From Parcubacteria group bacterium GW2011_GWF1_45_5 (GTDB taxonomy: Bacteria > Patescibacteriota > Minisyncoccia > UBA6257 > Brennerbacteraceae): a DNA stretch of 36,435 bases. The stretch spans positions 1 to 36,435 of the forward strand of contig LCLB01000004.1 of the NCBI GenBank assembly GCA_001001795.1, in the 5' to 3' direction. Positions 26,708-34,861 of this stretch are shown here, piece after piece. A model generated the notes under the pieces. That model did no database searches, was not told the origin of the DNA, and saw only the letters and a list, made by a program, of their open reading frames with translations. Within the stretch, counting starts at the first letter, position 1, and the number at the start of each line of letters is the position of its first letter. Both the position numbers and the translations under genes were made by a program.

Positions 26708-28420
26708 CTAAAGATTAATGATATTAATCTGGCAGATTGCGATCGAACCATCACTGATATAGATTATCGGGATACTGAAATTCCCTCTTTGAGAACCTTG
26801 CTGGTTGGTAGCGTTCAAAATTACTGTACCGATACTCTTGGAGGGATAATATTCATAACCAGCGTTGTCTTGGAAAATAATATCAATACCAACTGGCAAA
26901 TTGCCGATTTTCAAAATTTCGGTATTACCGCGTATCCCACCCAGCTCAAGTTCAATGGTTTTATGATTCTGTTGTGACAGATCCGCGATAAAATCTTTTA
27001 CCGTACAAAAATGAAAAGACTCCCGGCTAACGGCAAGTTCTTCTCGAAACTTCCTTTCTTTTAATAAAGGTAACGATAGTGACGGGGCCAATAAAAACTC
27101 TGATGGATCTTCTCCTTTAATCGCCTCCGAATCCTCGGGGAGAAACGGTTCCTCGATTACAATCGTCGGCTCAAGAGTTATTTCAATAACTGGCGTCTCA
27201 ATGGCAGTGTCGGTATATTCAACCTCCAGAATCATGGCATCAAGGTACACGTTAGGGACTTCGTTGATGGTTGACAGACTCTGGATGCTGACGCGAAAAT
27301 TAGAAATCTCGTCCCAGGAGTTGACCGGAATATCAGCGGAAAAACCGCCTATTTGCGACGCGTCCAGCAGCGCCAAATCGATCCAATCAACCCCGTTAAT
27401 AGTGTATAAAATCTTCCATAACGGGTCCTGAACACTTACTCCCAAAACCTCCGGACCGACAGACGACGAACTGGCGTTCTCTTGGTCTAGTGCCGGGGTA
27501 ACCAACAACTCCGGAGACATGGACGGCTCCACATTTTCACCGGGGCTCGGTAATAATTCTGTGGTTAGGGATGGCTCCGGGCTCGGCGACAGTTCAGGTG
27601 ACGGTAATGGGTCTTCGGGGGTCGGCTCGATGCTTGGCGCTTCTATTAAAACAGGTATTGGTGTTTCCTCTTGGGCGAAAGCAAAATTTACCAATGACCA
27701 TAACCATGAAATGGGAGTGGTCGGTTCCGGTTCGGTAATTTCAGGAGTTGGTAATGGCTGAACCGATTCTGCCGGGGACGTCTCGATGGTTTCCGGAGGT
27801 GATAGTTCCAATACGGGCGAGATATCGGAACCGACAAACAGCTCTGTTGGTGTCGGCGACAATATCAAAACTTCGCTTTCGGGAATCGGCGCAGGTTCTA
27901 AAATTGGAAAATCCAAAAACACATCGGATGACGAAGACGGCAATAAAAGTACGCTGCTTGAAGCCTCTTCGGTCTTGGTGGTCCAAGACAGCCGTAAAGT
28001 GACTTTTCGAGGTTGTTTTTGCTCAGGAATAGTTCCTAAAAAATCGCCGCAAAAAATTTGCCCGAAGGTATTTTTTCTGAGCAGCGCCGAGTTTTCCGGC
28101 ATAAATGCCGATTGATCGGACTGGTCGGTCACCTGCGGCTCTCCTTGTGCGTATTCCGGATGCTCCCATCCCCCTAAACAGGCATCGGGATAAAAATAAA
28201 CAATATCGGCCTGGGCGAGGTGGACATAAACAAAACCCGCGATACTCCCCGCCATAACCGCCATAACGCAGATTGATAACGCCTTGTGAAAACGGATGTA
28301 ATTCCACACGCTGGTCAGATTGAGCCGCATCGTGACAATGCGATCGCGCAAATCGACCTTGCCTCGTTTTGCTCCGGTATGAACGTCAAAAACCCGCTTT
28401 GATTGTGCTGTTCTATTCAT
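26708..28420 (-). CDS. membrane-anchored Pro/Glu/Ser-rich protein, first gene of the surface cluster
   Basis: TM segment (LSICVMAVMAGSIAGFVYV), long low-complexity PE/PS-rich linker, and a C-terminal beta-rich region. No recognised domain. Confidence 0.6.
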   Translation of the reverse strand: MNRTAQSKRVFDVHTGAKRGKVDLRDRIVTMRLNLTSVWNYIRFHKALSICVMAVMAGSIAGFVYVHLAQADIVYFYPDACLGGWEHPEYAQGEPQVTDQSDQSAFMPENSALLRKNTFGQIFCGDFLGTIPEQKQPRKVTLRLSWTTKTEEASSSVLLLPSSSSDVFLDFPILEPAPIPESEVLILSPTPTELFVGSDISPVLELSPPETIETSPAESVQPLPTPEITEPEPTTPISWLWSLVNFAFAQEETPIPVLIEAPSIEPTPEDPLPSPELSPSPEPSLTTELLPSPGENVEPSMSPELLVTPALDQENASSSSVGPEVLGVSVQDPLWKILYTINGVDWIDLALLDASQIGGFSADIPVNSWDEISNFRVSIQSLSTINEVPNVYLDAMILEVEYTDTAIETPVIEITLEPTIVIEEPFLPEDSEAIKGEDPSEFLLAPSLSLPLLKERKFREELAVSRESFHFCTVKDFIADLSQQNHKTIELELGGIRGNTEILKIGNLPVGIDIIFQDNAGYEYYPSKSIGTVILNATNQQGSQRGNFSIPIIYISDGSIAICQINIINL

Positions 28421-28437
28421 GCCTTAATATTATATCA

Positions 28438-29913
28438 TCACACCCGGTGCTTTGTCTTTATAACCTCTTCTTGAACGCTCTCAAATTCCTGCCTCGTACG
28501 CTCCGCCCTCCCTATCAGCGTCGACAATTCATCATCAGTACGCGCATGTAATTCCTGTACACGATTCAATAAACATTCTTTCGTATTGAAACGAGAATCC
28601 TGTAAAACCTCTTCCAAAAGTAATTTCTGAATCCAGCCAACGCGGGGCCCGGGCCCGATTCCCAGTACCTTCATGATATCGGTGCCGTTTATCGCAAGCA
28701 TCTTGGGAGAAATCGGATCTTTACGCACCTTGTCGATCATAAACAGCAAATGGCGCAACCGGTACGGCTGGGCTTTAGGGACCCCTGATCCAATCCGATC
28801 CGCTTCGCGCAGCTGGATAAACTCGTCGAGGTGTTCCGCCCCTACACGACTGATGAATCTGCGCACGCCCGCCTCGGTCACCTCGCCGACATTATAATAG
28901 AACATGTGGTAGCGGATCAGATGGTATACCTGATCGGCGATTTCGCTGGAAAATTTAAGGCGACCTAATGCGTCACGGGCAATGCGGCTACCCACTGCAT
29001 CGTGACTGTAAAAGGTTGCATTCTCGCCTGATCCGGATTTCGTTGCCGGCTTACCGACATCGTGCAAAAGCGCCGCCAACCGAACTACCAAGGAATATCT
29101 TTTCCGTGCGGCGTAATCAAGCGTACGGACACTGTGTTCCCATACCGTATAAATATGATGGTGGTTCTGGTCCACTCCGATTCCCGAGACGACCTCGAGC
29201 AGAACATAGGGAAGCAACCCGTATTTTTCCAAAAAAATCATACCCTGGGCGGCATTATCGGTCATGATGATTTTTTCGAACTCATCCCGGATACGTTCTT
29301 TCGCAATATGCTGGAGTAATAACGCATTGCGCACGATCGCCTCTCCGGTCTCATGCTCAAGCGTAAAATCAAGTTGGGAAACCATCCGAACCGCCTTTAT
29401 GAGGCGCAGGGCGTCTTCCTGGAACCGTTGGTCGGGATTGCGTACCGCCCGCACCAATTTCTTTTTGAGATCATTTTGTCCGTTGAACGGATCGGTTATG
29501 TTTTTCGGCACCTTTTCGGCCATATCCAAAGCAATGGCATTAATCGTAAAGTCCCTCCGGGATAGATCCTCTTCTATGGTTTGGGCGAACTTCACCTTAT
29601 CGGGATGGCGATGATCGCTGTAGCGGCCTTCCGCACGGAACGTGGTCACCTCAACAACTTCGGTAGCACTGTTTCCGCTCCTGGTTTTCACGCCGACGGT
29701 ACCGAATGCATTTTCATAGACGCTATCGGGAAACAGTTCCTGGATGCGGTCGGGAGTCGCACTGGTGGCAATATCCCAGTCTTTGGGTCCGCCAGCTGGC
29801 GGACTTTCCAATAACATATCGCGCACGCACCCCCCCACCAGGTATGCGGAAAAACCGGCTTCAATAAGCGTTTTCCCTGTTTCGCGGACTTCTTGTGGGA
29901 TAACCCATTCCAT
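28438..29913 (-). CDS. cca: CCA-adding enzyme / class II nucleotidyltransferase with an HD domain
   Basis: GGCVRD motif, DWDIAT, RAEGRYSDHRHP and HD motif LLHDVGKP. The start is set at MEWVIPQE (29913) because the longer track ORF would run through tRNA-Arg. Confidence 0.85.
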   Translation of the reverse strand: MEWVIPQEVRETGKTLIEAGFSAYLVGGCVRDMLLESPPAGGPKDWDIATSATPDRIQELFPDSVYENAFGTVGVKTRSGNSATEVVEVTTFRAEGRYSDHRHPDKVKFAQTIEEDLSRRDFTINAIALDMAEKVPKNITDPFNGQNDLKKKLVRAVRNPDQRFQEDALRLIKAVRMVSQLDFTLEHETGEAIVRNALLLQHIAKERIRDEFEKIIMTDNAAQGMIFLEKYGLLPYVLLEVVSGIGVDQNHHHIYTVWEHSVRTLDYAARKRYSLVVRLAALLHDVGKPATKSGSGENATFYSHDAVGSRIARDALGRLKFSSEIADQVYHLIRYHMFYYNVGEVTEAGVRRFISRVGAEHLDEFIQLREADRIGSGVPKAQPYRLRHLLFMIDKVRKDPISPKMLAINGTDIMKVLGIGPGPRVGWIQKLLLEEVLQDSRFNTKECLLNRVQELHARTDDELSTLIGRAERTRQEFESVQEEVIKTKHRV

Positions 29914-29930
29914 AGATAAAATCCGATCAC

Positions 29931-30005
29931 TGGTGCCCCCGCAAGGAATCGAACCTTGATCTCTAGTTCCGAAGACTAGCACTCTGTCCATTGAGCCACG
30001 AGGGC
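29931..30005 (-). tRNA. tRNA-Arg (anticodon TCG), CCA encoded
   Basis: Minus-strand reading: acceptor GCCCTCG/CGGGGGC (one G-U pair), anticodon arm CTAGT-CTTCGGA-ACTAG, T arm CAAGG-TTCGATT-CCTTG, then ACCA. Confidence 0.9.
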
Positions 30006-30040
30006 ACATCAGCATCTTAGCGCGATAGACCGTTATTCTC

Positions 30041-30069
30041 AAGAAAACTCCCTTGTAGAAGGGAGTTTT
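30041..30069 (-). terminator. rho-independent terminator after hsp20
   Basis: 11-bp stem AAAACTCCCTT / AAGGGAGTTTT with a 4-nt loop, followed on the minus strand by TTTTCTT. Confidence 0.75.
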
Positions 30070-30074
30070 CAGAT

Positions 30075-30524
30075 TTACTCTTTTCCGATTTTGAGTTTCT
30101 TGCTCCGTTTCTTTTCCACGCGCGGAATACGTACGGTTAAAATTCCGTTTTTGATGGTCGCCTCGGATTTATCGATGTCAATATCAACCGTGGGCAAAGA
30201 TACGGTTCTTGAAAAAGACCCCCAATAACACTCCTGATAGAAATAATCCTTCTCGTCGATAAGCTCTTCGCGCTCGCGTTTGCCGCGAATCGTAATCATG
30301 TCCCCTTCTACCGACACGTCCAGATCCTCTTCGTTTACTCCGGCAACCGGAGACTGAATAATCACGTACGACGGTGTCTGGAACACATCGATAGCAAGTT
30401 CCCCTTCAGGTTCGCCGGAAAGTAAAGGAGAAGGTACCTCCATGTCCTGTGCTATTTCCATGCCTATTTCGGGAAGAGACGCTCCCTCTGCTTCTTCTGT
30501 CTTTGTTTGATTTTTCCTCAACAT
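30075..30524 (-). CDS. Hsp20/alpha-crystallin family small heat-shock protein
   Basis: Alpha-crystallin domain pattern: DVFQTPSYVIIQSPVAGV...DLDVSVEGDMITIRGKR...GSFSRTVSLP...ATIKNGILTVRIPR. Confidence 0.9.
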   Translation of the reverse strand: MLRKNQTKTEEAEGASLPEIGMEIAQDMEVPSPLLSGEPEGELAIDVFQTPSYVIIQSPVAGVNEEDLDVSVEGDMITIRGKREREELIDEKDYFYQECYWGSFSRTVSLPTVDIDIDKSEATIKNGILTVRIPRVEKKRSKKLKIGKE

Positions 30525-30566
30525 AACAATGTATTATTTTATACAGTATATCATGATTCCCTTCTG

Positions 30567-31307
30567 TTATGAATTTTTATCCATTGGCGGGGAGTATACG
30601 GTAAGGGTCACGGGAACGGAAAGCTTGCGCAGCTTCTCGAAATCACGAAGCTCGAAGATGCCGACCACCAGAATGAAAACAATCGAAATGTCCACGATAA
30701 GTTGGTTATGGGAAGCAAGGGTTAACACATTGTAAAGGGCGTGGATGCCGCCGGCCGCAAGAATCCCCACCGCTATCCCGCGCCATGATTTTTTATTCAC
30801 AATCCCTTGCGCCCAGAAATATCCCGCCATGCCCGAACAAACCGCATGAAGAAGGTTGGCGCTCACGAAACGCAGCATCGCCAGATTTACAACATCAAAC
30901 GCGGTATCCGAAAAATTTCGCAGATACAGAATATTTTCGGCAAACGCGAATCCCAGTCCGGCGACTACCAGATAAATCATAGCGTCAATCGGCTCGTCAA
31001 AAACGGGATTCTTGTGCAATAACAGCCGTATCGAAACGAACTTCACAATTTCTTCAATGAATGCGGCGCAGATGATGAACGCATACGATCCCATAATCAC
31101 CTGGATCGGAGCATCCAAGCTATGGGAAAGTATTGAAACCGTACTCCGCTGCATGACATACACGATTCCCACCGACACGATGCCCAACACGAACGCAACC
31201 ACCAAAAGCGGTTTCGGCTCGGGATGGGTATCTTCGCGGATATAAAACACAAGCCAGGCAATATTCGGTATAAAAGCGCATAAAATAATCAGAAAACCAA
31301 TAAACAT
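30567..31307 (-). CDS. PrsW-family intramembrane protease
   Basis: Polytopic protein with motifs FIEEIVKF, GFAFAENILY, LHAVCSG and HALYN. Confidence 0.8.
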   Translation of the reverse strand: MFIGFLIILCAFIPNIAWLVFYIREDTHPEPKPLLVVAFVLGIVSVGIVYVMQRSTVSILSHSLDAPIQVIMGSYAFIICAAFIEEIVKFVSIRLLLHKNPVFDEPIDAMIYLVVAGLGFAFAENILYLRNFSDTAFDVVNLAMLRFVSANLLHAVCSGMAGYFWAQGIVNKKSWRGIAVGILAAGGIHALYNVLTLASHNQLIVDISIVFILVVGIFELRDFEKLRKLSVPVTLTVYSPPMDKNS

Positions 31308-31320
31308 ACACGGTCAAAAA

Positions 31321-33510
31321 TTACGATTTTGTTTTGTATTTCGGCCACGATTCGGCGATAAGCATTGTTTTCTTCCCGTACGACATACGTTGCCACATGG
31401 CTTCGGTGACAAACGGCATGAACGGATGCAAAGCCTTGAGAATGTCCCGGAACACGCTGTGGGCGATGCCCAACGACGGTTGAGGAATATATACTTCCCC
31501 TGTTTCAGTTTTCTTTTTTATGCTCTCCAGATACACGTCGGCGAATTGATGCCAGACAAATTCATACAAAATCTCCGCGGCAATATTGAGTTTATATGAT
31601 TCAATGGCTCTGGTGGCCGTCTGCACGGTCACGGCCAATTGCTTCATGATTCTCCTGTCGTGAACCGTTTTGTTCCGTACTGCCGCCCTGGTTTTACTAT
31701 CATCGGTATTGATCGCCAAGAGCCGGCCGATGTTCCAAATCTTATTGGCAAAATTCCGCTGTCCCTTTATTTTCTGCTCGTCAAAGTTAATATCGTTTTC
31801 AATAAGCCCTCCCCACACCAAACTCATGCGTAAGGCGTCGGCGCCGTAACGGCCGATCATCTCCAGGGGATTAATGGCATTCCCTTTTGATTTGGACATT
31901 TTTACGCCACGGATGTCGCGCACCAAACCGTGAAGCACCACGGTTTTGAACGGAACCTTGCCGGTCGAGTAGAGTCCGATCATGATCATGCGCAACACCC
32001 AGAAAAACAGAATATCGTATCCTGTTTCCATGACGCTGGTCGGATAAAATTGTTTAAAATCATTGGAAGACGGTTTTGATTTCGACAAACTTTGTGTCAA
32101 TAAAGTGGCGAATGGCCACTGTCCGGAAGAAAACCAGGTATCGAAGGTATCGGTATCCTGATGAAGGTCGGCACCCTTGCATGAAACACACCGCACAGGC
32201 TTCTTGCCATCCGTAACGATCCACTCCTGACAGTGCGCACACTGCCAGGCCGGGATGCGCATGCCCCAAACGATCTGGCGACTGATATTCCAGTCCTCGA
32301 TATTCTTGAGCCAATGATAAGAAATCTTTTCGAAACGCCTGACCGGAAAGACAACCTCTTTGTTCTTTATCGCTTTCATCGCCTTTTCGGCAAGCGGCTT
32401 CATTTTAATGAACCACTGCTCGGAGAGCATGGGCTCAATCAGACTCTGGTGCTTGTAACACACCCCCACCACGTGGGTAATCGGTTCGGTCTTAAGAAGC
32501 AGACCCGACTTTTCCAAATCACCGACCACCGCCGCACGAGCCTGATCCGCTTTCATGCCCTTATAAGCATCGGGTACGTTTGTCATCCTGCCGGCACCGT
32601 CGATAACCGTGATTGCTTCAAGATTGTGCTTTTTCCCCACGGCAAAATCGATCGCGTCGTGGCCCGGAGTTATCTTCAATGCTCCTGTGCCGAACAACGG
32701 ATCAACCAGACTGTCTTCGATAATAGGAATGCGCTTGCCCGTCAGAGGAATGATTGCCTGTTGCTCAAGAAGATCTTGCTTGCCTTTGCTGGTAGGATGA
32801 ATCGCTACGGCAACATCGGCAAAGATCGTCTCGGGCCTTGTGGTCGCAATTTTCACCGGGCCATAATCCAAATAATATAAAGTATCGGTACGCTCCACTG
32901 AATCGACTTCGAGCTGGGAAAGATTGGTGCCGCATCTGGGACAATAATTCACAATACGCTTCCCCCGGTACAGCAACCCGTCTCGGTGAAGCTGAAGAAA
33001 GGTCCGGTACACCAGGGCAATAATCTTGCGATCCAAAGTGAAGGTATTCCGTTCCCAATCACACGAAGCCCCCAGGGCGCGTAATTGATTTTCCATGTCT
33101 CCGCGGTTGGCGGCAACGTAGTCCCAGATCATCCGATACAGCGTCTCCCGGTCGAAATCGAAACGGCTTTTCCCTTCTTTGGCGAGTTTTTTCTCGAAAA
33201 CATACTGGGTCTCGATGCCCGCGTGATCCGCTCCTGGCAGCCATAATGTTTTGTCACCTTTCATCCGGTGATAACGGATTAAAACGTCTTCAATAGTAAC
33301 AAACCGGGCATGGCCGGCATGAAGACTTTCGTTGGCGTTGGGAGGCGGCATAATAATGCAAAATGGCGACCCGTCTTTCTTAGAAACTGGTCTAAACGAT
33401 CCCGACCTCTCCCATTGCCGGTATATTTTTGTTTCGTACTTTGAAGATTCGAAATTTTTGGGAAATTGTTTTGGCATCATAACCATTATACCACCGCCCC
33501 GGAAAAACAT
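31321..33510 (-). CDS. valS: valine--tRNA ligase (compact form lacking the C-terminal coiled coil)
   Basis: PPPNANESLHAGHA (HIGH-type), LWLPGADHAGIETQ, TWFSSGQWPF and KMSKSKGN. The true start may be the MPKQF Met a few codons in. Confidence 0.92.
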   Translation of the reverse strand: MFFRGGGIMVMMPKQFPKNFESSKYETKIYRQWERSGSFRPVSKKDGSPFCIIMPPPNANESLHAGHARFVTIEDVLIRYHRMKGDKTLWLPGADHAGIETQYVFEKKLAKEGKSRFDFDRETLYRMIWDYVAANRGDMENQLRALGASCDWERNTFTLDRKIIALVYRTFLQLHRDGLLYRGKRIVNYCPRCGTNLSQLEVDSVERTDTLYYLDYGPVKIATTRPETIFADVAVAIHPTSKGKQDLLEQQAIIPLTGKRIPIIEDSLVDPLFGTGALKITPGHDAIDFAVGKKHNLEAITVIDGAGRMTNVPDAYKGMKADQARAAVVGDLEKSGLLLKTEPITHVVGVCYKHQSLIEPMLSEQWFIKMKPLAEKAMKAIKNKEVVFPVRRFEKISYHWLKNIEDWNISRQIVWGMRIPAWQCAHCQEWIVTDGKKPVRCVSCKGADLHQDTDTFDTWFSSGQWPFATLLTQSLSKSKPSSNDFKQFYPTSVMETGYDILFFWVLRMIMIGLYSTGKVPFKTVVLHGLVRDIRGVKMSKSKGNAINPLEMIGRYGADALRMSLVWGGLIENDINFDEQKIKGQRNFANKIWNIGRLLAINTDDSKTRAAVRNKTVHDRRIMKQLAVTVQTATRAIESYKLNIAAEILYEFVWHQFADVYLESIKKKTETGEVYIPQPSLGIAHSVFRDILKALHPFMPFVTEAMWQRMSYGKKTMLIAESWPKYKTKS

Positions 33511-33511
33511 T

Positions 33512-34606
33512 CTATGAAAATCTTAAACCGGCATCGGCATCAAGCGCATCGGGATCATCGCGTCTGCCCAGGGTATAACGGATATACCCCGCGGCGGCAA
33601 TCATGGCAGCATTGTCGGTGATGAACGGCCTTTCGGGAAAATAAATCGGCACGGATATACCACGCTCAATCGCAATCTTCTTCATATACTTCTGTAAATA
33701 TGAATTTGCGGCCACCCCGCCTCCTATTAAAATTGTTTTGCTCCGGTACAAGGCAGCTGCACGCAAAGTTTTATCAACTAAAACTTTTACGATGGCGTGC
33801 TGAAAGCTTGCGGCAATATCGCGCTGCAATTTTTGTTTGGACAACGAAAGTTTTCCTGAAAACGTATACCCATGGTCACGCAAAAAATAAAGGAGGGATG
33901 TTTTAAGGCCCGAAAAGCTGAACTGGAAATTTTTGGCGTGAATCAGCGGTGAAGGAAACGGAAACGCATACGGATTCCCTTCTTTTCCTAATCGATCGAT
34001 TGCGGGGCCGCCAGGGTACCCAAGATTCAATAACCGCGCGCCTTTGTCGAAACACTCTCCTGTGGCATCATCGAGCGTCTCTCCCAAGACCTCATAACTA
34101 GCGTGATTTTTCATAGAAATAAGGCAAGTATGGCCGCCACTCACGATTAAGACCATCGCGGGGAACTTTATGAAAGATCTTTGCTTATTACCCGTTGCTT
34201 TTTGTTTTAAGTCATCAAGCCAGTTGGAATAAATATGCCCCTCCATATGATGAACGCCGACCAAAGGCTTCTTTAATTCTTTCGCTATGCGCTTTGCGAA
34301 CGAAACGCCCTGGGCCAACGCGGGCAATAATCCGTAACCGTAGGTAACCGCGATAACATCAATTTCTTTGGCAGGATCAATAATTTTCCCGTACCGGCAA
34401 GCAAGCTTGAAAATGCGCGGCAGATTTTTCTGATGCTCGCGCGCCGCAAGAACCGGAACCACCCCGCCATAGCGGGCGTGAAGTTTTACCTGGGAAGAAA
34501 TAATATTGGACAGAACAGAAAATCGGGGTTGCCGAGTACCGCCCTGCGCCTTAAGAACCGCCACTGATGTCTCGTCGCAACTGGTCTCTATGGCCAGAAT
34601 TTTCAT
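33512..34606 (-). CDS. tsaD: tRNA N6-adenosine threonylcarbamoyltransferase
   Basis: MKILAIETSCDETSVAV, VHHMEGH and GGVAAN motifs. Confidence 0.92.
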   Translation of the reverse strand: MKILAIETSCDETSVAVLKAQGGTRQPRFSVLSNIISSQVKLHARYGGVVPVLAAREHQKNLPRIFKLACRYGKIIDPAKEIDVIAVTYGYGLLPALAQGVSFAKRIAKELKKPLVGVHHMEGHIYSNWLDDLKQKATGNKQRSFIKFPAMVLIVSGGHTCLISMKNHASYEVLGETLDDATGECFDKGARLLNLGYPGGPAIDRLGKEGNPYAFPFPSPLIHAKNFQFSFSGLKTSLLYFLRDHGYTFSGKLSLSKQKLQRDIAASFQHAIVKVLVDKTLRAAALYRSKTILIGGGVAANSYLQKYMKKIAIERGISVPIYFPERPFITDNAAMIAAAGYIRYTLGRRDDPDALDADAGLRFS

Positions 34607-34687
34607 ACGAATTACAATATATACTGGTTACGCGCACAAACACAATCCTACCGACTCTCGCCCCGTCAAATGCGAAGCATTGTTCGG

Positions 34688-34719
34688 GGTCTCTATGGCG
34701 AAAATATTCATATCAATTA
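34688..34719 (-). repeat. 32-nt degenerate copy of the tsaD translation-start region
   Basis: 34688-34719 matches 34583-34614 at 27/32 positions. The copy would encode MNIFAIET, against MKILAIET at the real start. Confidence 0.7.
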
Positions 34720-34722
34720 ATG

Positions 34723-34794
34723 TACCGCTACGGAGAATCGAACTCCGATTTGCGCCGTGAAAGGGCGCCGTCCTAACCGTTAGACGATAGCGGC
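34723..34794 (-). tRNA. tRNA-Glu (anticodon TTC), CCA not encoded
   Basis: Minus-strand reading: GCCGCTA...TAGCGGT acceptor (G1-U72), anticodon arm GCGCC-CTTTCAC-GGCGC, T arm CGGAG-TTCGATT-CTCCG. Confidence 0.88.
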
Positions 34795-34861
34795 AGCACC
34801 GAAACAAAGTTTCGCGTAGGTCATTATACCAGTAGAACTCCCTGATGTATACTATACATAC

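Noticed and set aside
29914-30042. N-terminal 43-residue extension of the cca ORF
   Set aside because: The extension is the translation of the tRNA-Arg gene. The conserved GGCVRD-containing N-terminus begins right after the internal Met at 29913.
32233-32880. 215-aa plus-strand ORF inside valS
   Set aside because: It is antisense to a confidently identified valS (HIGH and KMSKS motifs) and has no motifs of its own.
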